Positions 52,588 through 64,000 of a DNA stretch of 64,000 nt are shown here, one piece after another. The stretch's first letter is position 1, and the number at the start of each line of letters is the position of its first letter. Source of the stretch: Tubiluchus corallicola (taxonomy: Eukaryota; Animalia; Priapulida); assembly GCA_030141605.1 (NCBI GenBank), contig JAQGDQ010002386.1, positions 186,001 to 250,000 on the forward strand, given 5' to 3'. The position numbers and the translations under genes were made by a program. Under the pieces are notes generated by a model. The model worked only from the letters and a program-made list of their open reading frames with translations. It was not told where the DNA came from and did no database searches.

Positions 52588-52720
52588 CGATGCCATGGCA
52601 TATCGTTGTAGTTCTAAAACTGTGCAAGAAGATGTAATATTCCACAGGCTCTGAAATGCTCTAAAAGTTTTGTTATTGTATGGCGAAAGAGGCGAATTCA
52701 TACATTTAAGCCGCTAGACA
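52588..52720 (+). pseudogene. Degenerate THAP zinc-finger fragment (probably transposon-derived)
   Basis: RC.MAYRCSS...VIFHRL*...WRKRRIHTFKP parallels THAP pattern C.AYGC...FHKFP...W..RR..FKP; stop and frameshifts. Confidence 0.4.
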
Positions 52721-54015
52721 TAATTTACAGGATTTTTTAGACACGGTACAAGAGCAAAAACTACAGCGTCTATGACTTGAATCAAATGAAGACTACACCC
52801 ATTCAAATGAGTGTAACAAACCACAAGTTAAACTTTCTATCTTCTGTGTGTAAAGCCCCTACTGTGCTCTAGAGTCTAGATAATCTGGATCCAGGCGGAA
52901 ACGCATTTTAATTGATGTTATTAGTTTACTATCTGCTTATATCAAGTATGGCATGGCAACACACTGAACATCTGATAATTTACACTGACAAGCTGCTCAG
53001 TAGGGAAGCCTATACTCCTGTTTAGAATATACATGTCTTCCATGTTGTTTAACAAGCTGCAATCCACTTTTCTAGTTTATATTACTTTATAATTGCAGGG
53101 AATACGATATCAGCGGGGGGCATTTCCACCAAGGTAGTCCTGCCAACCTTGTCAACCAAAAAAAGGTTAAACCTTAAATTGTAAAAAATGTTTTGCAATA
53201 ATGACGGTGTTGGTGTGAGTAATGTAGATCAGGATGGTGTATCATCTAAGATAATGATCATAGCGATGGTGGAAGCAATTGTGTTAGGGGTGGTAGTGAG
53301 AGCAGCGATGGTGACTGTTATGGTGTAAGAGGGAGTATTAGTGATGAGAATTCTGTAATTTATAAAGGAGACAAATCACTCAAATCGAACTTGTTGTTAA
53401 AGTTTGCAGGGGCAACCTCGCGAATATTCTTTTAGATTCGCCATGATACAAGATTTTTACATTATAGTCACATACGCGATTAGTTGCCAATAGCCATTAG
53501 GTTCTCTATCGATAGGTATAAATTACACTGCAAACCATAGCTGCCCACAGCGGAAATAGAATCTAACCCATACCCACTAGCCTGGCTAATCTAGTTTCCA
53601 AAATAGCCACATACACATAAACAACCGCGTTCTGTTCTTGTCGTCCGCTAGGCCAAAATACAAACTATATCGCTCAGAGTAGACGTTTGTTAGGGTTGCC
53701 ACTTAACAATGTAAGGGTCACTCATGCAATGCGCTGGAATGTATATTGTATTATCCTGTACTTGTATGTCAATTTAATTAGAAAAGAGTTGGTGACAACA
53801 ACACGTGACCTGATGTAAAAATATTAAGTAGCTGCCAGGCCGTTGCGCCAAACTCTTTTCTCTGACGTGTGCCGTGATGTGATATGTAAAGGAATGCAAT
53901 GCAATGTAGTGCAGTGCAACATATGGTGGAGTAATAGTATACGAACAAAATGATTTGTAATGGTAGTATAAATGGGGACAGCATTTTATTTCTGAAAATT
54001 TTAATTGTTGCTAAA

Positions 54016-54335
54016 TATGTAGCCGAAGCAGCACAAAAAATCAGAAAAACTATGATTTTTTATGTTTTTAACAAAAATTTAAGCGAAAAGTTTCATAATT
54101 CCTTGAATGAGTTATTCGATATGTGGTAAATTTCATCCGAGATTTTTACCAGTGTAACGTTAAACCATACAAAATATTCAATATTTAAACTTTTATTATC
54201 AGAAAAACATTACTTTTCTTTTTACTATTAGAAAAATTTCGTGAGTTAAACTGATCTAATCTGGAGGACGTGTTTTAAAAATGGGGACGCTGAATCCGCA
54301 AAAAATGGGCCTATAAATTTTTATCGGCTACATAT
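54016..54335. mobile_element. Putative short TIR element
   Basis: atatgtagccga / tcggctacatat inverted pair ~320 bp apart. Confidence 0.35.
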
Positions 54336-54539
54336 CGTCAGATAAAATAAATTTGGCTACGGCCCATAAATCACCGTAGACGTTGGAAAATCTCTTTAGG
54401 TCAAGGTCTGCTGTTGTGCCTGTTGAATCTCCTAGCAACATCTAAAGAACAAGGACATTTATTAAGATGAAAGTGCTATGATTGATCGGTGTTAATTTTG
54501 GTTCTCCGCTCAGTAAACTTGCATTTGGTAAACCTGTAC

Positions 54540-54935
54540 GGCTACTGCACTTCCTTCGGTTAGAATTTAATCGACTGATAAATGTGTGTAGTTGATAGAC
54601 CTGCACTGCCACTCCATTTTCTGCTGATATCTCTTAGCTGACCTGCTAAAGCTGTTCTGGTAGTCTGCTACTGTATTCCTACTGTTAACATTTAGCTGAC
54701 GGCTAAAAGTGCGCTGCTGTTAAACCTAGAGCTTGCTTCTTAACAACAAGAAGTTCAATAACAATATAGGTTTACCTATTGAATTTCTTATTGTTAATGT
54801 TTAGTTGATTTGATAGTGCGTTGTTGGTAAATATGTACTGAACTTCCTAATATTAGCAAATACCTGACTGCTGTTAGTGTGTACTGCTCCTAAGTTGTGG
54901 TACTACTGCACTTCCGACAGTTAGGATTTACCTAA
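54540..54935. repeat. Highly degenerate minisatellite (ctgctgtta / ctactgcacttcc units)
   Basis: Recurrent ctactgcacttcc at ~54542 and ~54903 with related units between. Confidence 0.45.
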
Positions 54936-57269
54936 CGTGCTAAGGGCGCATGAGCGACGTTTCATGGTACCCACACACCATACTGGTACATGGTACCCAC
55001 ACTGTACCGCCTCTCTATACATTTCTCTTTGTGCGTATGACCTCAGCACCTATATAAAGAGGGGTTACAAATCTCTGCATTCAATTCACGCTGTTTTTGG
55101 CTTTTTGGCTTGCTAGATCATGTCTGGTTTACTAACTCATCTTTGCTGGCTTGCTACAGCACAGATGAGCAGAGTTATGCATCTGTTCAGGCTAGTTATG
55201 CATACGTTATGTTCAGCTATGCATAAGTTTAGTACAGCTAGTTCAATCCAGCCTATAAAATTAATAAATTATTATTGGTCTACCGGCGACAGTTTGGAGG
55301 CTTCCTCAACGTGTCGTCCGGAAAAAGTGAAGTCAAATAAATTAGCTATTGATATGATGAACAGCGACATAAGCCACTTATCATGCTAATTAATGTAGCG
55401 AGAGATGTTTGCAGCCTGGATACGCTTACATAATGTAATTGCTGTGCTTGACTTCATGTAGATAATTATGTGATAATCTATATTGGGTAATTTTCATGTA
55501 ATCTGCATTAACAGATGATTCTTACAAATCGACAGCAGTGATAGAAAGGGTCGGTATCTTTAATACCACAATAGTAAGCAGTTTTTAACCAGCCTTTCTT
55601 CTTAACTTTTTTCACGCCGACAATTTGGTGTGTTTCTTCCATTTTTTTCCTTTTCATCCCGCTTACTTGGTCTGTATGTTTGCCTATTCTATGGGAACAA
55701 AGCCCTGCTGTAGTCTGCTGCTAGAGTGATTAAGCGAAGTTGTGAATTACAGCAAAAAGCTAATGAAAACAAAAAACAAAAACTGAAGTGTACGATTGTT
55801 CAGTATGACATCTTGTTGTACACGCTGTTAACTTAAGAGACAGTAAGGCTGTTTCTTGGCATATAGAAAAAAGTGATTAATAGAGTAGTCTTAGTTGCTG
55901 CATGAACACCAGAGCTTTTACGTTTCATTATGATTATTACATAAAATTGTTTTTCTAAATTCTCTTATAAGTATGAGGCACTTGGTGCTAGCAGTTAAAC
56001 TGTCCCACAAGTATTTGGTTTATTTAGTGGCATTTTGTGTGTTTTCCCTTCGTGGCGTTTTCTGTGCAAGATTAATGATTGCGTTTATTGATTTTTTGTC
56101 TTTTTCTCATGTGGCTTCTATGTAATCCATGAAAAATTACTGCTGGTGTTATCATTATAAAATTTTCAAAAACAAAATGGTTACATTTTTTATCCTTTTA
56201 ACTTTTACATAAAGATAGTTCACAGCGTGAATTGACACGCCGCGTCTTAATTTTCATTTTTTCAACGTGTGTCTTTATCAATGACGAGTAAATTACAAAA
56301 CTAATAGTGCCAAATAAGTAATATTAAAATAAATTTAATGAATACCCAAAAGTCCCATTAGTAGGGAAAAGACTGAGAATATGAAAGTAGCAAAATCATT
56401 GGTAGAAGAGTGGCAGCTACTTCTACTGTACATAATGCTGAAAGGACATTAAGTTAGCTGTGGTTAGCAAACCACGCTGATTGAATTTGCCCATGTAATC
56501 TATAAACTGCTGATAGTTAATTAGAGCTGCGAGGCTGAACACCATGCATAGTTAAAACCAATCGGTCACGTGATCAGTCACGTGGTCACTGCTTGGTTTC
56601 TCCTGTAGCTGACTCCTTAAATCTGCACAAGCTGCTAAATCCAAATGACAAGCGAATTGCGTCATTTTGCAATTACCGAGTGTTAAAACAAAATGTTGTT
56701 TTTGTACGCTGTTGACAAATTGTTCAAATTTGTGGAAACTGAAAGCAGTTAAGATAACGCATATTTGCCTGTGAAAGGTTCCTGTTTTGTTACTAAATAG
56801 CAAGATTGAAATGAACAATAGAGTAGAAAAAATTTCAAGAAATCGTGAACAAAAACACTTAGAAATGACAAAAAGAGCCAGAACTGGACTTTTCACAATT
56901 TTTGATTATCCTATGATCTAAGTACTGATAACTTCAACTGTATATAGGTCAATAATATAATCACCGATTGTGCCAATTAATCACCTTATTACTTATTAGT
57001 GATTGGATTTTGTTCTCATAGATTTGTAAATACGCAGGGGAAGAAAGAGGGATGAAAAGAGAAAAAATGTGGGAGGAACAAATCGAAGTTTCGACGTGAA
57101 AAGAGTTAAGAAGAAAAAAATAGGAAAAGAATAAAAACTCGACAACTAGAAAGCCACTCTGTAGAGTTCACTCAGCTCAGACTTTTCCATTACAAGAATA
57201 CACTTAATAAATAAAATAGATTTCCTTTAGTAATTCTTGATCGATAATTAACAAAAATGAAAATCATAC

Positions 57270-57375
57270 CACTCCACAAAATTTCAAGGAAATCGGTTAA
57301 GTAGTTTTTACGTAATCCTGCTAACAGACAAACCAACAAACCAACGGCTATGAAAGCATACCCTCCATGGCAGTA
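57270..57375 (-). mobile_element. Helentron-associated (DINE-1/HINE-like) non-autonomous element fragment
   Basis: Reverse strand reads ctgccatggagggtatgctttc..gttggtttgtctgttagcaggattac..aaactact.aaccgatt..tgaaatttt, typical HINE head with GTTT/GTCT microsatellite. Confidence 0.5.
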
Positions 57376-58349
57376 GTTGGGGTGTCAGATTTGTGGAAGG
57401 TCGAAAATGTCGGAAAGAAAGCTTGTCCAGAAAAAAGAAAGCTAATATAAAAAGAAATTCAAAAAATGTATAATTTTGTATTAATGTTCTGATATTGATA
57501 ACAGAACGATTTTGAATTTGAAAAATCAGATTTAAAACGGCTATCAGCTTATAAAGCTTCTTCATTCTTGACAACAGAATTCACCACGTCATGTCTAATA
57601 CCAACACTCTTTTCATAATAAAAACAACAAAATCATTGTTGAAAAATTAATTCAGAGTTAATAGATGTTTAATATTTGAATTCGGTCTGATTGCAGAGGC
57701 GTGTGGACTACTTCACACTGTGAAATAAGCCAGGAAGCTTCTTGTCCTTACCAGGCTTGAAAAAAATTGAAACAAAAAAAAAGCTGTAGAGGTCGTACGT
57801 TACGTACACTGTGACGTTTTCTAGCATCTTTTTAGCATTATTATTTGCTCAGAAAAGAAGCCCACCGGTTTACTGCTACATAGCAACAGCGGCATCAGCA
57901 GCAACTGCAACAACCGTCTTCGCAATTTTACTTTATTTCTTCAAAAGTCCGTTTTAATTAATTAGGTAAATTTGCTTGTTACAGCTTGTAAACAGCTGTG
58001 CGCAATTAATTAGTCAAGTCGTTTGCTGAACATGTAAAACTGATCAACCATTACATCTGTTTATTACGTTTATGTAGGGTGACGTATTCTAATGAATTCC
58101 TGTTGGGATTCAACAACAATAATTAAAATTTTATTGCTATGATTTGTGGAAAACCACTATTCATTTCATGTATTTAGTAAAGTAGATCTGAGATTAAAGT
58201 CATGGAGACGGTTTAACCAAATCGGTTTTGAATTTGTTGTGAATTGGGTGGGTGGAATTATGGTATAGAAGTCAAAGAAATTCAGTTCATTTCTGGGGTT
58301 TATTAAACAAAAATCAATCAAAATTTAAAAGAAGCATTAATCTATATTC

Positions 58350-58470
58350 AGGAATTTTACGCCGAGGACGCTTCAGTTCTGATATCAAGATCGAAGACTA
58401 ATACTGTTAAAGATTTTGTCGGAAAGATAATATGATATCTGCCAAGCTTGATAGAATTACATTATATAGT
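58350..58470 (+). mobile_element. Small LINE RT remnant
   Basis: FYAEDASVLIS resembles the YADD motif with downstream SAKL. Confidence 0.3.
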
Positions 58471-59107
58471 TAAGTTGGAAAGTTTAGTTAGCTAAAGCCA
58501 GAAATGAGTTGGAGTCAAGCCTTAAGTTACTGAATATTTTTCATTTTTATAGTACAAAAATTCAGAATAGTTTAGTAGTATTATTTGATGTACAAATAAT
58601 TGTAATCTATAGGTTATAGTCTATAATCCATTATTGTAATCTCTCCTGCTTTTACTAAATTTGAAAATATCTAGTGACTTTAAAAGTGAAATCAAACAAA
58701 AATATGGAAACTGTGTCAGAAACACTTAATTCTAATAGTTATGGGTCTTGGCCAGAATAGAATTGAATCACACAGCACGCATTTTTGCACCTAGTCCATA
58801 GGTTTTGTGAATTTACATGGCAAATAGCCTTAGCAAACATGCGATATTACGATATTATCGATACAACTTTTCGATATTAAAACGGGTGCTAATGATCAAG
58901 GTTTTAGCTAAATGTCAGAAATTTAGATTGATTAGATTAATCGTAATTCTAGACACGTGAAACACGATTTTTTTTGTAATTTTAAGATATGCATTTGACA
59001 AACAAGTGCTAACAAATGTAAATAAATTGGCACAGGAAAATGTCACACTTAGTAAATATGTGTTTATGGTTAGCGTTACAGTGGGTGATAATTATTTTAG
59101 TTATTTT

Positions 59108-59276
59108 TATCTTTGCCAAGGAAGTTGCGCTTCAACAAAGTTTGTTTGTCTGTTTGTTTGGTTGCCCTTTGTCAGTTATGGCAGTAAGCCTACTACGCCA
59201 GAACTTGACGACCGAACACTTTGTACAAAAAGCATTCGTGAAGCACTTCGTGGGGGTCTCAGAGGAAATATCTAGT
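59108..59276 (+). mobile_element. Second HINE-like fragment
   Basis: ctttgccaaggaagttg..gtttgtttgtctgtttgtttggttg..ending gggggtctc..tctagt. Confidence 0.4.
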
Positions 59277-60146
59277 ACATCTTTTTTGCTATCTCCGCTT
59301 AGGCAAACAACTACGAGTTAGTTGCAGTTCCATTCTCGCTTGTATATTAAAACTGTGTAACGCTGCATATAACCTTCACTTATTAAGGTGTATAACCTAA
59401 TAAGGTGAGTTACTATATATATATGCTGTCTATGTGTAGAGACACGTATATATTTGTCAGTCTATTAATGCGCCAAAATTAATGGCTAAAAAGTAGATAA
59501 ACACTGTGTGGAACGTTCGTGCATTATTGATTATAAATCTATTTAATGAACAAATATTATAAGTCTTTTGCTAGTCTATATAACACCAATGCAGGTATAT
59601 TTTTGTATTACTGCCTGTTTACCTTTGTGTTAAAATTTTTTAATCACCAAAATCAGACGAATAAGTTTACGATTGTTCGGCTTTGCTAGAGATCTGTTTC
59701 TTACTGAGCGCATTCTAGTTTTATTACAGAAATCAAGTACATTAAAATAGCATACATGCCATTTTTCCTGTGTCATTTTTACCGCGCACCTGCTAACACG
59801 TGTTGAACTTCACCTGCGTGTACCATCATCGTCATCATCGGGCTTCTTATCTTGTAATTCTTAACGGGAAATTTTTTTGTCTTGATAAACAGAGCCTTGC
59901 CAGCTTTCTGAAGGAGATTAATGTAAACCTAATCAAAATAAACTAAGAATTCTAGTTTTGTAGACCGGAATTCATATTTTCACCCTTCTAATAACCTTCT
60001 TACGTTAAGTAGCTACTAGCTTTGTTTGGAGCTAAATTTGTATAGAAAATAAAAATGTAAATTTTAGATTCTTTTGAAGAAAAATTATTTTAACAGCAAT
60101 TTACTCTGGGAAAACTTAGAAATTTGGAATGGAAGTACTAACGTGC

Positions 60147-60708
60147 TTGGATCCGGCACGTCATATTTGTAGCTCGTTTCTTGTAAATTTAATGGTTTCT
60201 TTAAGCTTTTATTTTTGCCATGGCCCGTTTTATTCGTGAAAATCTACAATTTTGCTACGATGACGAAATGCGTTTGTTTTTATCAGCACTGTCTATCAGG
60301 TATAAAACCGCAGATACATAATGGCCTCGTCGGTTCAGTGGATAGGCAGAAGGTGTTTTTAACAACTCAGCACTTGTTCTTGTCAGCCAACATGTAGACC
60401 TCGAAGTAGATTCCTGGCTAGTCTCTGTTTAAATTCGTGTTTCGAGTTCAATGTGTATCAGCATCATCGTTATAATATATTAGAATGACAGAAGCCCAAC
60501 AATATAATTAATGCCTAGGTCAGATCCATTTAACGGGCATATTTGAGGGCATATTGGGAAAGTGAAAAGTCGGCGTTCGTTAGGGTCTGCGCAATGGTTT
60601 CTATAATGAAATCCGTGGCCTGTGATAGCCTTCAAAGTTAAATGCGACGCAAACACCTTCAATAACATGACCAAGCTTTCGGTATTTCGTGCTTCGTGCC
60701 GGATCCAA
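60147..60708. mobile_element. Putative TIR element (14-bp perfect TIR)
   Basis: ttggatccggcacg (60147-60160) / cgtgccggatccaa (60695-60708); no clear TSD. Confidence 0.45.
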
Positions 60709-63112
60709 TAACTAGTGCATTGTCACACATTTGTTACTTATTCAACGAAGGTCACTTGCTAACCTCTTTTATTGCTACTTCCATAAAAGTTTCTTCTAAT
60801 GTAGATGGTGGCTTCGTTGGTCGTCTCATGTTCTTTTACAAGTAGAGTACCTGAAGTAAAGCAAGTCAAATACATAATTTATTAGCAACCGATGTGAACT
60901 AAAATTTGTAAAAGTTTGTATTTCATCATTAATTCAGTACAAGATTCGGTTTGTATTAGAGCGATCTTATAGTATTCGGTTCTAATTTTTATTAATTTAA
61001 CCGCTACAAAATAGTAAATATCTGTATATCAAAAGTTTATGAATAGTTTTTAAAATCCTCATTATCAGTTGTCGATGGAAAAACACATTATGAATTTCAT
61101 TTTACTTTTGTAAGTGCAAGTTTACATACTTAAAATAACAACAGTTTGACAAAATCTGTTTATTTCTTCGGTTCTGGCCTATAAGTTACTAATGAGAGTC
61201 GAATACATTTCCCAATAACAGAGAAATGAGGCAAACGCGCAAAGGCAAATTTGAACGTTTGCCGTAAGAAGCCGCGACCATTAGAAATTTGAAGCTGGGA
61301 GTGAACAAATATACAGACTACATTAATAATTTAAATCTGTGGAAATCGCTAGTTTTAAAATGATAAAGTTTTGAACATTATTAGGCTTCATTCATTAGCA
61401 GAAACGTCGCACAGTTAATTCTTATTTTTAACAAGGCATGCGCCATTCTATTCCCTTTATATTAATCTGCAAATTATGTGGATGAACTAGGTTTATTTAT
61501 TACATTTTGACACAAAGAACAGCGCACACCAATGATGCAGTGTAAGAATCACACAAACGCATACAATTAGACTAGAAATGTACACCAAAATATAAAGTAC
61601 GCATAAAAAGTAATATAAGTCGACGTGTTTATCTGCAAATGTCTACAACTGTAATACGTTTCATGTTGTTTATCAGCCACTGCTGTCTACGAAATTGAAT
61701 GTGGTAAAAACACATTTGTAGAAATTCCTGAAACAGTAGCTACAGGCACTTTTCTAAGAATGTAAATTATGCTCTCAGTAAAAACTGACATTTTTTGATA
61801 TTGTTACACGAAGGTCCACTGGCTTCCAGATAAATTTTTCGTAAACTAAGATATTTGTATAATCTTTATATTGTCTCGCTGTAAGAATGCCACTGAAGCT
61901 TGACACGCGCTGCAAAGGGAGGTAGAATATTGTAATTATTATAGACCACTGTTTCACTGAATAATTGATCACGTGATAACATATATACGTCTCTCTCGCT
62001 GCTTTCTATCGCTGGGGAGTTAAAACATAATGGAAATTGTATCAAGCTAACCGTAATGGCACATGGGTAGTAAGACTATGTAGACTTGCTTCAGTGTAAC
62101 ATATTTTAAATGTCTATAGTAAATAGACCTTTAGGCGGTAGTCGACACACGGCTACGGCAATTGTTACTAGTCGTAAAGTATAAGATGTGAGGTGTTTAT
62201 CACCCAAATTAACATATCACGTATTTTATTCATAAATAATTTGAACAACAGTTCAGGACATGTGATGATAGCAAAAGTACGTTAAATGAATAAAATTGCC
62301 CAGTTTGAGCAGGATAATACATATAAAACATCACTTTAAAAAAATTACAATATATAAAACTTAGGTTTAAAACAATTACTATATATAAAACACAGGTTTC
62401 AAACAATTACATTATATAAATATACGTTTAGAACGATTACAATCTAACATTTACACAATTGCATTTATTTATCTATTTATTTATTTATTTATTTATTATT
62501 AACAATTGCGTTTAACAGTAATGCACAAAAAACAATTAAGAAACTAACCAAGTAATAATTACACAGAGAGATGATCTGAAAATTTGAAATTAGTTAAAAG
62601 ATAAATGAGATTCTTTTAAAGCTTGGTAAAACACATCGGCAAAATTGAAAGTTTACATTTCGATGTCAAGATGGACTGAGTCATTCCAACTCGGGTATGC
62701 TGTTGAATAGAGAATATGTGGGTAATGTTGTAATCTTTCTTATTTTCTTGAATATTTTTGATGAAAGACTGGTTATAGATCTTACCTTGTGTGGTCATTA
62801 GTCTTGTTTGGGAGCGTATGTGCACCTTTTATCCTTATTTTACACTTACTTACATTGATTTTCCTGACTTTATTTCATTGATCTTAATTAACCTGGTTTG
62901 ACTTGCTTACGTTGAATTTGTTGTGACATTTGGAGGCTGCTATCGCTACGTTCTTTCGCCAAAATTACAGGCTTCTGTAATTTAATTTATAGTTCAAAAA
63001 GTCTGTAGTCTTCTAATGAATTTTTTTTAAACTAACAACAAACTGTTATAATTAAGAATTGGGGTAAATTTCTGCATTTCACGTTATTTATTGTTTATCT
63101 GAATAAAAACTA

Positions 63113-64000
63113 CCGTAAAACGGGGTGAGTTCGCCACTTTTTAAGGGTATTTTTTTACATTTCCTGCCTTAGCAAGAGAATTAGCCAACCGATTTTCTTA
63201 GTTCAAGCTTTATATTGCCCTTCGAATAAAACACTATCGTGGGGTGAATTCGCCGCTAACAATTTAACACTGTTTAATGCCATTCTAGGCAGCTGAAGTT
63301 AACTGGTTGTGATTGGCTGGTTGGGGGTGAGTTCGCCACCCTATGAAAAAATTATAAAAAATGTCTAGTTTTAGTTTTCAAATATAAACTTCTACGTTGG
63401 CAAGGAAGGCTTGAACGTCTTGTGCACTGATCTTATCGCGGTCGCCCTTGATGTTGCCAGCCACTCTGAAAACCAGATTGTTCCTTCGGGCGAATGATTT
63501 GACAAAGTCTATTCCAGGGGTGTTTGCCTTGAATCGTCGTTCCTGGATTCCCTTCGCGTCAAGAACACTCTTAATCAGTAGTCGGAGATCGATGGCAGTC
63601 ATTGGGAACCCCCACTCAGCGGCCACTGGGAGTGTACTGGCGATTTCGTGCTCCTCGGCGGCGGAGAACACTGGCTGACTTCCGGTCTTCTGCGGATGAC
63701 TTCCGGAGAGTTTGTCAGAAAGGTCTTTCTTGGAACTCCGAATTGCCTCGCCGCTGGGCTGATTGTCCTGTTGGTATTCTTGACGGCATGTAGGGCAGCT
63801 TCCAGAGCTTCTGGGGTATAATTTTGGTATCTATGACCCGGTACAGTGGTGCAGGTGCGTGGCATGTTAAGTAGCCAGAAATAGTAGACAAATAATATGT
63901 AGCGCAGAATGGAATACTTCTAGTGCGAATTGAAAGAAGATAACTGTCGCAAACTGTTTATAATGACGGTGATCATGATATCTGTTCATTAAATACTGAA
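63113..64000 (-). mobile_element. Internally deleted pogo/Tigger-like DNA transposon (left end beyond window)
   Basis: TA|ccgtaaaacggggtgagttcgcc terminus at 63111-63135, subterminal GGGGTGA(G/A)TTCGCC repeats at ~63122, 63241, 63324; transposase N-terminus on - strand. Confidence 0.85.
63378..63865 (-). pseudogene. pogo-like transposase N-terminus (HTH_psq + CENP-B-type HTH), frameshifted, DDE domain missing
   Basis: YTPEALEAALHAV..SPAARQFGVPRKT then, after a 1-nt frameshift near 63722, VFSAAEE..AEWGFPMT..DLR..RFKANTPGIDFVKSF.RR. Confidence 0.85.

Noticed and set aside
55120-55389. 89-aa ORF after a TATA-like motif
   Set aside because: Built from short gttatgca repeats; no recognisable domain or splice support

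Overview
AT-rich metazoan (probably invertebrate) genomic DNA with spliceosomal introns; no prokaryotic operons, CRISPR arrays or intact rRNA/tRNA genes. Main content: (1) a complete + strand LRRFIP1/2-family gene (11 coding exons, 9086-24502, ~397 aa) with what looks like an alternative giant 2.6-kb acidic first coding exon (12670-15306, ~1241-aa isoform); (2) a frameshift-riddled, intronless EGF-repeat pseudogene (~28930-30330); (3) a 5-exon + strand gene (30665-35236) for a ~300-aa single-pass membrane protein with signal peptide, FN3/cytokine-receptor-like ectodomain and C-terminal PPxY motifs; (4) the possible 5' end of a - strand gene at the left edge with a candidate 3-nt microexon; (5) a gene-poor right half with LINE RT relics, TIR elements/MITEs, a tRNA/5S hybrid SINE, Helentron-type fragments, a THAP relic, micro/minisatellites and an internally deleted pogo-like transposon at the right edge. 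All gene models were assembled by eye from splice signals, reading phase and remembered family motifs; no database searches were run.
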